NCBI GenBank assembly: GCA_903813345.2
Contig: CAIIXF020000001.1
Span: 40,796,001-40,860,000 of the forward strand
DNA from: Owenia fusiformis
Lineage: Eukaryota
Length of the DNA stretch: 64,000 nucleotides
Direction of reading: 5' to 3'
Position 1 is the first letter of the stretch. Every line of letters begins with the position of its first letter. Made by a program: the position numbers and the translations under genes. Shown piece by piece: positions 1 through 13,995 of this stretch. Under the pieces are notes generated by a model. The model ran no database searches and had not been told where the DNA came from. It worked only from the letters and a program-made list of their open reading frames with translations.

Positions 1-383
1 GGTAATGTGAGACATGAGGCCACTTGTCTTTTTGAATCTCATATTCAATATTCTTTCTTTAAACCCTCATATTTAATATTTTTGGAGTGGTAATTCAATT
101 ATGTACCTATTTTTTATTCTTTATCACATAGTTGAACTCTGTTCCACTCTGTTAGGTAACATGAAAACATATTTATGATATTTTGCAAATGCGTGGAAAA
201 AGTGATATCTGTGGAATACGGAAAATATTTCACAGATATCACCTTTTGGCAGGGATTTGAAAACTACCACCAATATGATGTGTTTTGTTACATATTGATT
301 TAATGACATCACGGGGATGAATGAATGAATGGATGTTGTTTTGATATGCTTTGTTTAGTTTTAGAGGTGAACTATGGGAAAAA

Positions 384-530
384 TAGAACATCCTATGAAT
401 TTTCGTGATATTGTGTTAATCCAACTCATTGATATCAATATCTGCGCTAATTCGCTATGCTAACTTGGCAAGATATTGATATCAACTCGGAGATAAAGAT
501 AAAATCATTTAAAATCATATGATATCCTAT
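384..530. repeat. Degenerate palindromic element
   Basis: TTGATATCAATATCT / AGATATTGATATCAA perfect 15-bp inverted repeat with weaker outer arms. Confidence 0.5.
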
Positions 531-3500
531 ACATATCCTTTACTGTGCCACAACTTTCTCATATGTTATATATTTTGGCACAGGCCATCACTTATTTTCT
601 TTGAATTCATGCTTTTGTTCCTCGTTTTAGAAATGAGAGGAAATCTTTGATTTTCCTTGTATTTAAGTTGCTTAAATGTTGCCCTGTGATGTTGATAAAA
701 GTCAATAGTAATCCATTACAGTCACAATTGAAATGTACCCATTGCTAGCCCAGAACCTACCAAAATAGCATTTGCATTTTGTCAATATTGCCCTATGTGC
801 TTTTCTATGAAAATAATTTTAATCGTATCTTTTCTTCAGTATTTCATATATTACATTTTAATATATTTATATTGGTTAATATTTATATACTATTTACTTA
901 GACAACAATAAATAAAGAATTTTTGGTAAAAACACCAAAAATGGTATATGATCTTTAAATGACTGTTGTGTGAACATCAAAGGTCAAAATTCGCTGAAAT
1001 TGTATTTTTATAAAGCACAAATGATTTTTCTTCAATATGATATGCATTATTATCAGATATCTTTGGGGGCTAAAAAGGGCCCTTAATGACACCCGTCCTT
1101 TAGAAATTCAAAGACAAACAAGGGTGACATCTATTACGTCAGCACTTTTCAGCTATTTAGAAACTATGAATTTAAGGGCACTTTTGTTTAAGTTTTTGGC
1201 AAAGTTTCCACTTCTACAGTATGCTTACTTGACTTTGAACCATCTGTCAGTGCTGATCTTACAGGTTCCCAACACAAAACATTACTTAATAAATGGGTAT
1301 ACGACCTTGATGGTCTTATCAATGGTTTCATACTTTTGATACTTTACTACATTAAATGACAGCTTTTTTCAAAAGTGGATATGCATATCTAAGTTACTTG
1401 ATTAAAGGAAGATGTTTCTTTGGATTGCAATTTTGTTGAGAAATTAAGATAATGAGAATGGGCACCATGATAAACCATGACATCTCATTTCTTCTCAGCC
1501 CTCTCAGGTGAAACAGAAAGATGTTATGGGAACCAGAATGAGAAAAAAGGATTGAAAACAGTCATAATTTACTCCTGATAACCATATTGTGTTTTATGGA
1601 TTACAACATTAGCTTCATTGCCTTCCCCTCCCCCTAGGATGGGCCCAGAAAAAATGTTGTTTTTGGCCCAAAAATTTATCAAGACCCTGATTTGGGGGCC
1701 TTTTGGGCCTTATTTTTAATATTAGGCCAAATAATTAAGAGAATGGGCCCAAATTTTTAGGGCGGAAATTCTTTTAGACTTGAAATGTGCCCCCCTTGCT
1801 AGTTTTCAGATCTGCCCCTGTGTTGACCCTTTGATATTAAGCTTATATACTCCGAGGCTGGATTTTGTCTGTCCAACATCATTTGAAACTGAATGCCCTA
1901 TTTTGTATGAATTCTAGTATCTACAATTAGTTTTTTTTATGAGTATTGGTTATCAATTTATATTCATTCTTCAACATATATTGTAATGACTTCTGTATGA
2001 ATGGAATTGCTCTTTGTGTGTTATGGTCCTGGATGGTGATAATGTAACTTGAATTGTAAGGGGGGTATTAGACTTTGTTTCTATTCACGTTTGATTATGC
2101 TTTGGGAAAGATGGGCTTTGTTTTCCTAAATGTTTGTCCTTTGATGTACTTTGATATCAACCAAGAGTTGTTTAGCAGGGTACCACTCTGGACAGCCAGT
2201 CCAATTTTCAAGGTGTAATTCCCAAATTACAGTTTTGTACAAATGATTATTCTCATTTTTCGTTTGGTAGTTTTACATCAAGGAATTTACCTCTGTAGCA
2301 GTACATGGGTATTTGTATTTCATTCCACTTTTGAGGTGTGTGAAACCCCAAAAATTAAAGTCTATCAAGCGGATATGTACATCTATGCTCTTGATAGCTT
2401 TAATTCACTGAGGGAATAAAGAACCTTATAACTCAATGGCTGATTGATTACATCTCTCAGCCTCGAAAGCTAAATTATGTAAGATGTAATTGAAGTAAAA
2501 TCGACAATATCAAATAACAAAATGTTGATATAAGATTGATCAATTTTGTAATCATTCCAACTCAAGAACTTTGATTAAAGAATTCAATATCGTGATCCCA
2601 GTCATCACCGTCTTACAGCAAAGGTTTATATTCTTTGTCTATGGTTTTCAGAGCAAACATTATGCAACACTTGCCTGTTTTATTAAGTGGAATATCTATA
2701 AAGAGTTAAGTAAATATGTATGTTTCTTCAGGTATAATCAATAATTCTAGGTGTTTATTTGTAATTTTGACTGCCTCTGATATCTGTTAGAGCATGCTCC
2801 AACACATCTCACGATCTATCCATTATATAAGTTTTGTATAAATGGGCACATCATTTCTGTATTGTGCTTTTACATTATATATTACATTTGTGCATTGTTT
2901 CCATGTAGTAATTCATATTTACTTTGCATGTGATGTTGTTTCCAATAAACTTCATTGTTGGAGGATTAAACTTGATTACTGTATTGATTGTATCAACAGT
3001 GTGTTCACTAATTAGGAAAACAACCAGGGAGGGAACTATATAAATCTGTAATGGCCTGTGTGGTTTATATTTATATTCCATCGAGTGTACAAATGCTATT
3101 ACTATGCGCTATAAACCTCTAGTAGGAATTGCTAGTCAGTGACACCATAGTAATAAATCATATCAATTTACAATAATAAAAAAGGGAAAATATATTTCAT
3201 TTAATATCGTGTAGCAAATGAGAGGCACCCTTGATGATTGAAATATTATTCTCCAGAAGTACAGCGAATTATAGAAAAGGGGTTATAAATACATGGCATA
3301 TAGCTGTGTAAATTGAACACAGTAATTTTTTTCATATTTGCAGTGTTTGGTCCATTCGATTTTTTGTTGAAACATCTTGCCAACAAAACTGTTGAACAAG
3401 AATCGAAAATGTTATTGAATTGTTCCATGCCAATATTCCAACTTAATTAATAGAACACTTTAAGCACAATGGGGCTCAACCTTCTACTGTCAATCAATGT

Positions 3501-4061
3501 GTTATATCATTATTGGATGGGCGTGTCTCATCTCACAAAGTGATTCGATGAAACATTTGATTAAACATTGTGTGAAATTACTCCATATACAATAACTCCC
3601 TCTTACCATTTCTGCGTTGTTCATTCAATATAGATTTTTGATTTTCTGATGGTACATTATTGTGAAAATGACACAGAAATCATTTGCAGCCACACTGTCT
3701 ATATTACTATCAAACTGTAAATTTTCTTTTTTGACCCATTGAATGATATTCATGTCGGGATAAAATAAGTTATCTGTATGCCCATTCCTTTCTAAAAGTT
3801 GATGGATTTGGTTCAAATTTTATATTTTGATGCCTTGGGGATATAGGACCTCTGCTAAATGTGATTTATGGTAACTTAAATATAACTTAAATACTAGATG
3901 TCTGATTTAGTCCAAATCTTATCGACTAATATCTTATAGGAATAGAACCTCTGTTTAAAAGGGAAATTGCAGTATGGCTGCTCAATTCAAAATGTTTTCC
4001 TTGTTTTCATGAAAAAATATATATCTACTTTTTAATAACTTGAATATTAGTAAGAATATTA

Positions 4062-4266
4062 GTAGCCAGGATTTGCCAAGGGGGGTTCAGTTTTCAAAAA
4101 TTTCCAGGGGGGGTTCACATTTGACAATTTTGGCCCAAATATGGCTAAAATCACTTGAGAAGTGCTCAAAATGGTGAAAAACTGCATGATTTTGAAAGAA
4201 TTTTTGGCCAGGGGGGGGAGGGATTCGCCAAACCCTGCAAACCCCCCCCCCCTGGCTACGGGCCTG
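4062..4266 (+). mobile_element. ~200-bp MITE with CAGGCCCGTAGCCAGG-type TIRs
   Basis: GTAGCCAGG...CCTGGCTACGGGCCTG; near-identical copies at 25878-26505 and 26959-27122. Confidence 0.8.
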
Positions 4267-4310
4267 TACTAGATCTCATTTAATAAATCTGTAATTTCAT
4301 GTTCTTTCAG

Positions 4311-4531
4311 AATACAAACAAACGAAAATCGCTGAGGGTCTTGCACAACAACGACAGCTAGTGGACCAATTACGCCAAGAGGCTGCCCTCCCTCGGGTTA
4401 GGGTCAGTGAGTGTGTAGAAGAATTAAAAAAATACTGTGAACAACATGAAGAGGAAGACTCACTTATTAAAGGCTTTGATAAACAAAAAGATAATCCATT
4501 TAAAGAAAAAGGAGGTTGTGTAATACTATAG
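4311..4531 (+). CDS. GNG: Heterotrimeric G-protein gamma subunit, last coding exon (start codon not identified, probably upstream of the window)
   Basis: Acceptor ttctttcAG at 4309-4310. From 4313 it reads YKQTKIAEGLAQQRQLVDQLRQEAALPRVRVSECVEELKKYCEQHEEEDSLIKGFDKQKDNPFKEKGGCVIL*, a GGL-domain pattern (LVxQLRxEA...R..VS...L..YC...D.L..G...NPF) with C-terminal CAAX CVIL. A possible donor G|GTAATG at positions 1-7 would fit the phase. Paralogue number cannot be assigned. Confidence 0.93.
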
Positions 4532-5001
4532 GAAATGTGGTGGATGCTTGAGGCTTTCTTGTGGACAAATTTGACCTTTTGGTCAATTTGATAACATCAT
4601 TTATCCATTGGATAACATCAAGTATAGTGGATACTATATGGATAACACATTGGATATCCCATGGATTAACTGTTGGACACCATATCGTACAGTGTATTTG
4701 GAAAATGTATTTGGCACTGCATCTACATTGCCTATAATCTTGGATATTATAAAATGGCCTTGTTTTCCGGTATTCCCTGTAAACTATTTTATACTGTTTG
4801 GAAGTCCAATGAGTACTATTTGGCACCCAAACCATTTGATGCTGTTTTGTACACTATGGTTACCATTCTGCAATGTCATTGCATTATATTTCATAGAATG
4901 CTGTTCCACACAACACACATAGAATACATCATCAGATATTACTAGTATGTTACATTAAAGAACAGTAGGGTTATTGGATACTATTTTATAGAACATTTAC
5001 T

Positions 5002-5360
5002 ATGTCCCCACCACATAGTATGGGGCCATATTGTGGGCCTAGGCCTAGTATTCAGGGATAACTTTTGGGCATATACATTATATTTATATAGCAGGGGGTC
5101 AATATTGTGGATTTAGTTTTCAAAGACAAGCTATTGACATGTTTTAAATTTTTGTATGAAATTCTCAAACTAATTAGTTTTAGGGCATTCTTGGTAAGGC
5201 ATCCATTTTAGATTTTCCATCCTAAAATCTTGTCTTTTCAACTGATTAGTGTTAGGCATTCAGGTTGTGCAGTATAATAGGGTCACCCATTGGTGGGGAC
5301 ATGTTTCTGTCCTTGGTGGGGACATGTTTCTGTCCTTGGTGGGGACATGTTTCTGTCCTT
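5002..5360. repeat. Small HINE-like element ending in a 23-bp x3 tandem repeat
   Basis: ATGTCCCCACCA with a hairpin at ~5003-5030 is inverted relative to TGGTGGGGACAT, which recurs in a 23-bp unit three times (5291-5359). Confidence 0.5.
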
Positions 5361-6353
5361 TACTATTCCATAGCAACTTGGGTAATAAGGTTCCCTTTCC
5401 AATACAGTAGTTTGATCTTGCTTCTGTAAAAGAGACCTTTATTTACCCTCATCCAGTAATAGAAACAATCCTTTTTTCTAACATATCATATTTCTGTAGC
5501 CACTCAACCAGTGAAAAACATCCGAAATGGCACATAAATAAACCACTGTCAAATATTTCACTACAAGAAAATGGTTCAGGGGCAACATTTGGTGCTTCAA
5601 TTTAAAAAAGAAGTTAACTGAATATGTTTTACGTTAATTATATATCCCTTTTGGACAAGCACAGGTTAAAGAACATAAGTGGCCCCTTTAACTATGAGAT
5701 GGAATAAAATGAATATTCTGTGTTTTATATATGGCAGGATTTTTATCTGTTCATTTTTAACAATATCTGCACTCTCTTGCTATGCTAATATTTCATCTTT
5801 TGGATAAATGGAAAATGAAAAAACACATCTGTTCGCAAAATCCATGTTATTATCTTGCAAATATAGATTCTGTCATTACTTTCCTATTAGATAGAAGGTT
5901 GATGGCTGATCAACTGACACACTGGCAGCTCAGTAATGATATCGCATCAAAGTGATTATCGTTTTCCTCAATGAATTATTCATTCGTTAAAGTATTTAGT
6001 AATTGTGCAGTTTCATTAAATTATTCTAGGTTAATGAATGCCACTTTAATGATGTCGATGTATTTTGTCTTAATTTTGAGCTGATTTGTATTTGGTTTAA
6101 TGCTACCAAGCATCATCATATATGGATAGGCTAGAAATACTATGCCTTTGGAGGGTTTAATTAATTTGATAGATAAATAATTTGACACAATGCTCCATCA
6201 TTTTTATTCTCCTCAAAAGTCACTGACATGGTTCACCTGCAGGCTCATTCATTCAACTAAGACAAACTGTAAATGAAACAAAAACTGGTGGTGTAGATGA
6301 TGATAAACCAAACTGATGAGAATTACTCTCCTTACATACTTACTAACAAAGCT

Positions 6354-6741
6354 AAAGACAAGTCTCGGTTTTGAGAAAAGTCTAATGGACTAATTTTTTG
6401 ATGAAAAATATAGAAATAACACCCAAATTAAATTATGAATATTCAAAAGAAGACATTTAAATCTACAAAATGTAAAAATATCAAAATTATCCGAAGCAGG
6501 CGTAACGTGCACTAGACCGATTCAATAAATGACAAGTCTCAGTTTAGAGAACAAAGTTCATAAATCTACTGCGCAAATAATTTTTTGATGAAAAATAAAG
6601 AAATAACTCCCAATTTAAATTATGGATATTCAAAAGAAGACATTTAAATCTACAATATGTAAAAATATCAAAAATGTCCAAAGCAGGCGTAACGTGCAGT
6701 AGACTGATGAACTTCATTCTCCAAACCGAGACCAGTTCTTT
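6354..6741. mobile_element. MITE with an internal ~175-bp tandem duplication
   Basis: GACAAGTCTC...GCAGGCGTAACGTGCA block at 6357 and 6532; right end TTCTCCAAACCGAGAC is inverted to GTCTCGGTTTTGAGAA. Confidence 0.55.
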
Positions 6742-7750
6742 CCATTTTTATTTGGCTTTTGGCTCAGTTGCCCTTGAATAAAACATATTGTAAAAGAATA
6801 TCCTCCCGCACACCATCCTTTTGCTTCATTAATATGTTGTCTTGAATATAGGAAACTAGATGTGTTTAAATTACATATCATATTTTGTTGCCATATTTAA
6901 TAGTGGACCAATTAGTTCATTAGAAGGTAGTATAAAGTTATTGCAGTGAAACCTAGGGTATCAAAACATATTTGCATTGTAGTTTTTTCAACTAAAGAGG
7001 CAATATACATCTTCAGATATTTAAGAAAACAAAATGTGTAAGAATCGTTCAAACATGTTACTCCAATAATCAAAAAAATACTATATGAACGAAGCATATT
7101 TTGTGTAAATATTTAAGCAAGAAAACATGATATAGAAAATATTATGTTAGAAGTTAAGATATCATTAGAGGCGATAGCAAGTCTTCAGTTCTTTTTAACT
7201 TTTGAATGAATAGATGGCGCATACAGTGGACACACGACCAAAAATAAATGAATTAATTTACTAAAGAACATTGAAAATATGAATAAAGTCACTGTAAAAA
7301 GCATTTCCATTGCAAAACATTGTTGACAATGCCAGGACCTCCACCTGTGCTCTATATAGGAAATTATAAGTATGGAAAATGCAGGATGTCAACATTTAAA
7401 GATATCAGAAAAATCTAAATTACTGAGAATTTTGTGAAACATTTCTATATGTATTCCTTTTAAGTAAAGAGGGTATGATAATGTTACTCTCTCGTCTTGC
7501 ATCAAGCCCCAATTTTAACCTCCCCACCTACTCCTGTTCTGAACTAGATATTGGGGAGAGAATGTTAGGGCTTAATGAAAGACTGAACATTTTCATAGGC
7601 AACTCTCTCTCTGAATCTCTTATTCTCTCTTTAATTAGCAATAGGTTACAGGATTTATGGCTCATCAATCAATTTATTCATAAGGTTGAATATAAGTAAG
7701 TGTAATTCTATGAAGTTATTCTTTGATCAAGCTCAAATCAGAAAATTATA

Positions 7751-7897
7751 CAGTAGAACTTGTGTTCCACTTGAGAGGTGTTCCACTTACAGAGGTTCAT
7801 GAACATGGAGTCAGTGGGTGGCAGGACTTCAAAAATCTGTTCCACTTGTGAGGTGTTCCTCTTACAGAGGTATTCCCTTTAGCACTAGTTTCTACTG
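7751..7897. mobile_element. Short Tc1/pogo-like MITE
   Basis: TA|CAGTAGAA...TTCTACTG|TA termini; internal repeated GTGTTCCACTT motifs. Confidence 0.65.
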
Positions 7898-8099
7898 TAT
7901 TTAATTATTTGGGCTGTTATGTTTCAGTGAATTATTAGATCTATCTTATCATGTAAGCAGTCTATAGCTATAGACTGTAATTGTATTTATTATGTTTTAG
8001 TATAACTTATTAAGATTCTAGGCAGATGCATGTCAGATGAGCACATTAATATTGTATAAAGTGTTTGTATATTAGAAGTGTATTTGTAGACAAATTATA

Positions 8100-8150
8100 T
8101 ATTAAATGTATACATAAATACAAATAAAAATTTCCATTTGTAAATAAAAT
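8100..8150 (+). terminator. Probable polyadenylation region of the G-gamma gene (long ~3.6 kb 3' UTR)
   Basis: Two AATAAA hexamers (~8123, ~8143) after a TGTA-rich stretch. Inferred; no transcript data. Confidence 0.4.
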
Positions 8151-8177
8151 TGTTGGATGTTTATTTTGAATACACCT

Positions 8178-8713
8178 CACTGGTGATCCACTCGATTACG
8201 CTGGTTACCAAAACGAACCGTTTTGGTAACAAAATGTCGGAACGTCGAAGGCACGATTTTTCTTTTTTCCTTATTTCACGCGTTGTAGGCAGAATCCCCA
8301 CGACGTTTTTTCTCACAGCGTGCATCAGTATCATATGTTTTAGAAAATGTACATGTTTGCGATAAAATAGCTCAGAGGACAACAGAATCGTCGATTTACT
8401 TCCTCACTTAAGTTACATAAACGGTTTTTCGAAAAACAGTTAAGATCTGCACTTTTAACCCAAACCGTTTATGTAACTTAAGTGAGGAAGTAAATCGACG
8501 ATTCTGTTGTCTTCTGAACTATTTGTTTGCAAATATGTACACTTTCTTAAACATATGATACTGATACACGTTTGTGTTAAAAAATGTCGTGGGAATTCTG
8601 CCTACAAGTGTAAAATAAGGAAACGAGAAAAATCGTACCTTCCGGATGTTCCGACATTTTGTTACCAAAACGGTTCGTTTTGGTAACCAGCGTAATCGAG
8701 TGGATCACCTGTG
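8178..8713. mobile_element. Non-autonomous fold-back element, Transib-like (CAC...GTG ends, 5-bp TSD)
   Basis: ~250-bp inverted arms around a ~35-bp spacer; ends CACTGGTGATCCAC... / ...GTGGATCACCTGTG; TSD CACCT at 8173-8177 and 8714-8718. Confidence 0.85.
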
Positions 8714-9530
8714 CACCTGGCAAAAACACAAGGGAATAGATGGGCCATGACTAAAAGCAGCATAACCAGAGATATGTCTTAGGTCAATTTTGTAGTTTTT
8801 TTAGTGACTAATATGTCATTGTAATGACATGATTGTTGTTTTGGCCCACCCTGTATACATCACTCTGGATAGAATGTGATCCTTAGTCATATTAGTGAAA
8901 TAATAGAGGCTTTTCTAAATAGCTTGAAGAACTTTCTTGTATTTGATGACACGTTTGAATTCCATTCATGAAACAACTTTATTTGCTGTAGTTATTTTCC
9001 TGAAGTCAATTTACCAAGATTTTTTCCTGAAAAAGGTTGGGCCCATTGATGCAATGTTAAAACTTCTTTAAAAGTCCATTTTCTCCCTAAGCATCACAAT
9101 TTCAATGTTAAATTGCAATCTGATTCAACAAGGCCATGTAGTTGCTTGCCAATGGAGTTCAACGTTAATCCAATTGGAAATATTTTATAAATCAAGAAAT
9201 TAGTTGAATTCTGACAGTTGTCTCCATATTATAAATATAGTACCGTAATATATATTCTGGCCTGACCAATATCACAACTGCCATCTATCCATCTATGTTA
9301 TCTGAAGGATGATACAAATGCACAAGGGAATTTACTATATCCATTCATTCATTCATTATAGGTACTAGACAACAATTAGTAAATTGGATCAAAGTGTGCC
9401 ATAAAGTCACATAAAAATAATTGTTTAGAGTGCACTTTGTAATGAAAAGGTAATGAATGGGAACATATATGCTCTTGTCATATACTCTAAAATGTCACTT
9501 GAAATTTGATAAAGTTGACAAAACACAATT

Positions 9531-9900
9531 TAAAGGATTGGTATCGATGTGGTGAACTGAATTCAACATGTTTTTCTCTCAAACCAATTATTGAAAACAT
9601 TCTGGAAAAACACTGTGCTTCATGTACAATTCTGAACCTTGTTGGAACAAAATAGCATATTCAACATTTTGCTTAGCTTTCAATATTATAGTTATACAAA
9701 GGAAAGTTTGCTTGGTTTAACAAAAAGGATTCAAGAAATTAAAACAAAAAACCCAAAAATAGATAAAAATTAATTTAAAGTAGACCTTTTCTTTTATACT
9801 TTTTTAAATGAACCAAACTTTCCTTTGTACAATTACAATATTGAGAGACCTAAACATGTTGTATACATGTATATGTCATTTGTTCCATGAGGTTTGGAGA
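9531..9900. mobile_element. Kolobok-like MITE, partial copy
   Basis: Starts TTAA-AGGATTGGTATCGATGTGGTGAACTGAATTCAAC; homologous to 56150-56545; internal inverted segments. Confidence 0.5.
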
Positions 9901-12900
9901 GATCTTGAAAGCCCATGGATAGATTCATTCCGAACATATGATACTGAGAACAAGAGAAGTGTCTGACGTGTTTTCTAAAACAATATAGAGAAAAGTATAT
10001 TTTTTTCAAACTAAATTGTAACCATTCAAAAGATGATCATTAAATTGACAATGTGGAAAATTTTGATGACTGGTTTTAGTGATTTTCCATGTTAATTTGA
10101 ATGGTAGAATGATCTTAGTGACATCTATTTTAAAAGATATTTACATTGTAGGTTATGAATACTAGTTTTAGGTACTATTTGTTTTGCCTGATATTTTATA
10201 GATGTCACTATAGTAAAGGGCTCTTGATAATCAGAAATGTGTAGACTAAATTATTTATCATATCAGTCACCATTTACAGCTGTGAATATATACCAATTTT
10301 AACAATGCGTTCATAGATGTTGTGCTGGTAGTAAATAGTATCAAAGTGTCATCAGCTTAGGCATGTGCAATCCATCAACCATGAACTTACAGAAACTCTA
10401 TGCACCACTGAACTATTGCACCCACATTTAAGTGAATTGCAGTTTTAGAATTAGATCTGCATTACAAGACATCGCCCTGGTGGAACATGAAAACACAAAA
10501 TCAGAAAGAGAGCGTGTCAGTATGTAGGAAATTTGTATTGAAAAATAAACTCATTTGTAGACTCTTATAACAATACATTTCAATCCCCTTCGATCATCCT
10601 GAGCCCAGAATCTAGTTCTGAACTAATCATAAACAACCCTCTCTATTTAAAAATAAATGCAAAAGGTACCCCCATACCTAGCCTTGCCCAAGTTGGTATT
10701 TTTTACTTATCCTGATCTTGAATTATTACCAAATCAAGATAAGATACCGACTTAGGTAAGACTACCCCATACCTCATGAAGACAGAACTCCATAGAATAT
10801 GGCCTCATTGAAATAAATATATTGTCTAGTCATAATAAAAAAAGAGTCTAGTCAAACTGAAGAAATAGTCAGTTGTAAACCTTGAGTGTCTTACAAATGT
10901 TGGTTAGACAAAATTACTTCATTTGAAGTAAATATCCCTCGAAAGAGTCAGATGTTTAGTCTAGACTAAAAGGTTTTTCTAAAATCTAAATTTTATCAGA
11001 CAGACAGGCTTATCATGTGTGACATAATTATTATGGTTTTATCAACTGTCTTTATACAGTTATATGGATTAATATTAACATAGTACATTGCATTTTTAAA
11101 ATGTTCTAATAAATCACAAACTTTAATAATTTTCTTGAACATTTGATACGACAGGCTATTATAAGGCTTATTAAAAGATTACTTATCCACTTATCAATTG
11201 ATCTCATATGAGAAATCTATCTAAATGTATTAGCCTTCTATTAGTGACTGAGCGTGCAAAGATGTCTTGAAAACCAGTTTTCTGAAAAAGGTCGGACTGA
11301 AGCCCATTGACACAATGTTAAAATTATTTTAAAAAGTTATTTTGTCCCTAAGGATCACAATTTTAATGTTAAGGCAATCTGATTCATCAAGGCACAAAGC
11401 CTGGAAAAAAATAATTCTTAAAAAGTTAACCACAATTCTAGCTCAGGTTTAATCATGGGCTTTCAAGAGATAGAACAAAGTTTATGCTCTTTTGTACTCC
11501 ATAGTAATTATGTTGTGGCGTTTGGTTTAGAGATAAAGAGGTCGGCCTGGATAAGTGAGAAACTACTTATTGGATAAGTGAACAAGTTCAGTGTTTTAGA
11601 TCCAAAGGTACTATATGTCCCTGGCCTCGTCTTTATTTAATTAATTTAGAGGATGTCAACTAATGAAAAACAAATGCTTAACAGGATGATGCTCTCTTAC
11701 TGGAACTGCAACCGTACTTTTATGATACAGTGACACATACTCCTTTTTATATTATGCTTTTTACAAAGTAAATTTGTACTAAATTTTGATGAAACAAAGT
11801 GAGGACGATATAATAGGTAATTAATGGAATATCCTATGTGTGAACGTGGGCTTTAGTTGAAAGCCCATAGTGTGAATAATATGGCAATAATATACATGTT
11901 ATCAGTCTTCAATTAAAAAAGAAGGGTACTTTCAGTAAAAATCCAAAACAGATATAAACTATATACAAATGTATTTATTAAGATGATACCATTAAAACCC
12001 CAATTAATTTCACTCACATTGTACAACACATATATTTGCTTTAGATTTTGAACTGTCTGCTGTCATAAACCCCTATGAGCTTAACACTAACTTTAATGAT
12101 GGTTAATTGCCCGTTAATTGTCATTGAATAAATATAATATCTTGGTAGTGGGCTTATAATAGTGGGCCATTATTCTGCCACACCTTATGTTTAACCTAAA
12201 ATACAATTTATCTTTCATCTTACCCCTATGTCTCAGTCAAACATCTGGTAAGGAAAATATGTAATGCGGAGGCCAGATATAATTTGTATAAGTATATAAA
12301 ATTTCAGAGTGCAAAAGTTCAGGACTATCGTGCTTTAAACCTGCACTTTAACATACTCAATTTGATATCAATAATCACTTGTTATAGTCTAGACCTGCTG
12401 CACATTCTTTCTTGTTTTTTTTTGATTTGGTAGAATTCAACTTTGCAGAAAACAGACAGGAACAATTGACTAGTCTGGAGGTAAAGAAATATCAAAAATA
12501 TTATTTATTTATGTCTCTGTCTCTGTTTTAGGAGACATTAAAACTTAGAATTGCCAAGACATCCCAAATATTAATCCGATTTATCAATCCTCAATTAGTT
12601 GGTTTAGGCAAACCCCCTCCCCTTTTTAACACTAAATTTTTGGAAAATGTATTCCCTTTTATTTTGACTTGCATGTAATAAATTATTTAAAATGTGGAAG
12701 ATATAACCGACATGTATATACAATATTATTAATTCGTCACTAGGCCTACCATAAGCTACATGAACAAACCATTAAGAAATATTTTTTGAAGCTACCCTAT
12801 GTCTGAAATTGGAAAGAGGGCGTCACTATAATAGTTAATTAAAAATTCGCTGACCACTTTTCAGACAAGGACCTCATATGTTCTTAGACACTGGGGTATG

Positions 12901-13598
12901 TGCTAAAGGTTGAGAAAGTCAAATTCCATGACTTTTACATTTTCAGTAGAACACCCCCAGCAACAGGAGTAAATATGAATTGGAGATATCTGACAAAATA
13001 CCCAAAAATATAAATTTTGTGTTTTTGAACATGTGGAAATATCTTGAACACTTTGAAACTAAAGTACAGTTCGTTCAGTTGTTTTGTTTTTGTTCTACAC
13101 AAAACTTGTGTTTAATAGCCACGCGTAGTTATTAATAAGCGTAATCAGGTTATTTCAAGCGTCGAAATAGCTTATTTTCCTCGACGTATCTACACAAACC
13201 TATTCACTTAGATCTAGATGCGTCAATTATAATTGTTTTCACTCATCGGCTTTAGTGGCCCGCGATACCTTTTATTTCATTCATTTGAGACGCAATTGAT
13301 ATATTGGCAACAAATCAAATGTTCTAAATGATTCTTCTTCATTTTTGAATGTTTCCCCTACCCGATATTCAAAGATGTCCCTTAAATATTATACCTTACA
13401 TTGATCACGATTCTTGTACTTTCTGTCTGTACGACTCCCGTTCACATTTGCAAGAATTGTTGATTGCATTGCCTTGATCGCTGGTCGAATTTCGATTCCA
13501 ACTAAATCAGATTAATCAATTAAGAAATGTCATTTCATGTTAATCCAAGCAAATAATTGTAACAACTACATTATTTTTTAGCAGTTTTGACACCTAAG

Positions 13599-13995
13599 CA
13601 GGGTAGCCTAGTGGCGTAGACTGAGGCTACTTTGCGGTTGAACGTCGTGGGATACGGAGGTCCCGCGTTCGAGCCCCAGGTACGGAGTTGTTGATCATTG
13701 TCACTACGGACACCCGGTCCGAAGGTCCAACCGTTTACCGGCCCTTGGCATGGGTTGGTTCTCTGGCCGCTCTTGCCGGAGACAGATTGTGAGACTGTGG
13801 TTGGTTCCTCCACTAACGTGCTTTAGTAAACTCCGGGAGTCATATAGTATGATAGCGGGCCCCCACCAAGGGCAGTAGTGGAACGACGCGAATCGGTCCC
13901 AGTATGGTTGCCTTGCAACTGAAGAGACTCGAGGAAATCATGCCATTCGCAGTGACCCAGAAAAGACTTTTGCTTCTCAACCTGACGTTTTAATT
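13599..13995 (+). mobile_element. tRNA-derived SINE, young-looking (GC- and CpG-rich)
   Basis: Pol III A-box TAGCCTAGTGG (~13605) and B-box GTTCGAGCCC (~13666); ~300-bp GC-rich body; AT-rich tail. It does not fold as a normal tRNA. Confidence 0.7.

Noticed and set aside
4500..4945. Overlapping 90-111-aa ORFs after the G-gamma stop
   Set aside because: They lie in the presumed 3' UTR with short TGGATA-type repeats and show no protein features.
12434..12600. Exon-like segment on + (FNFAENRQEQLTSLE) with AG/GT flanks
   Set aside because: No recognisable homology, start codon or further exons.
13599..13690. tRNA gene
   Set aside because: No acceptor-stem pairing or cloverleaf, and it continues into a SINE-like body.
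13919..13945. CTGAAGAG...GAAA hammerhead-like core in the SINE
   Set aside because: Stem II does not close (no G-C pair before GAAA) and no convincing stems I and III.
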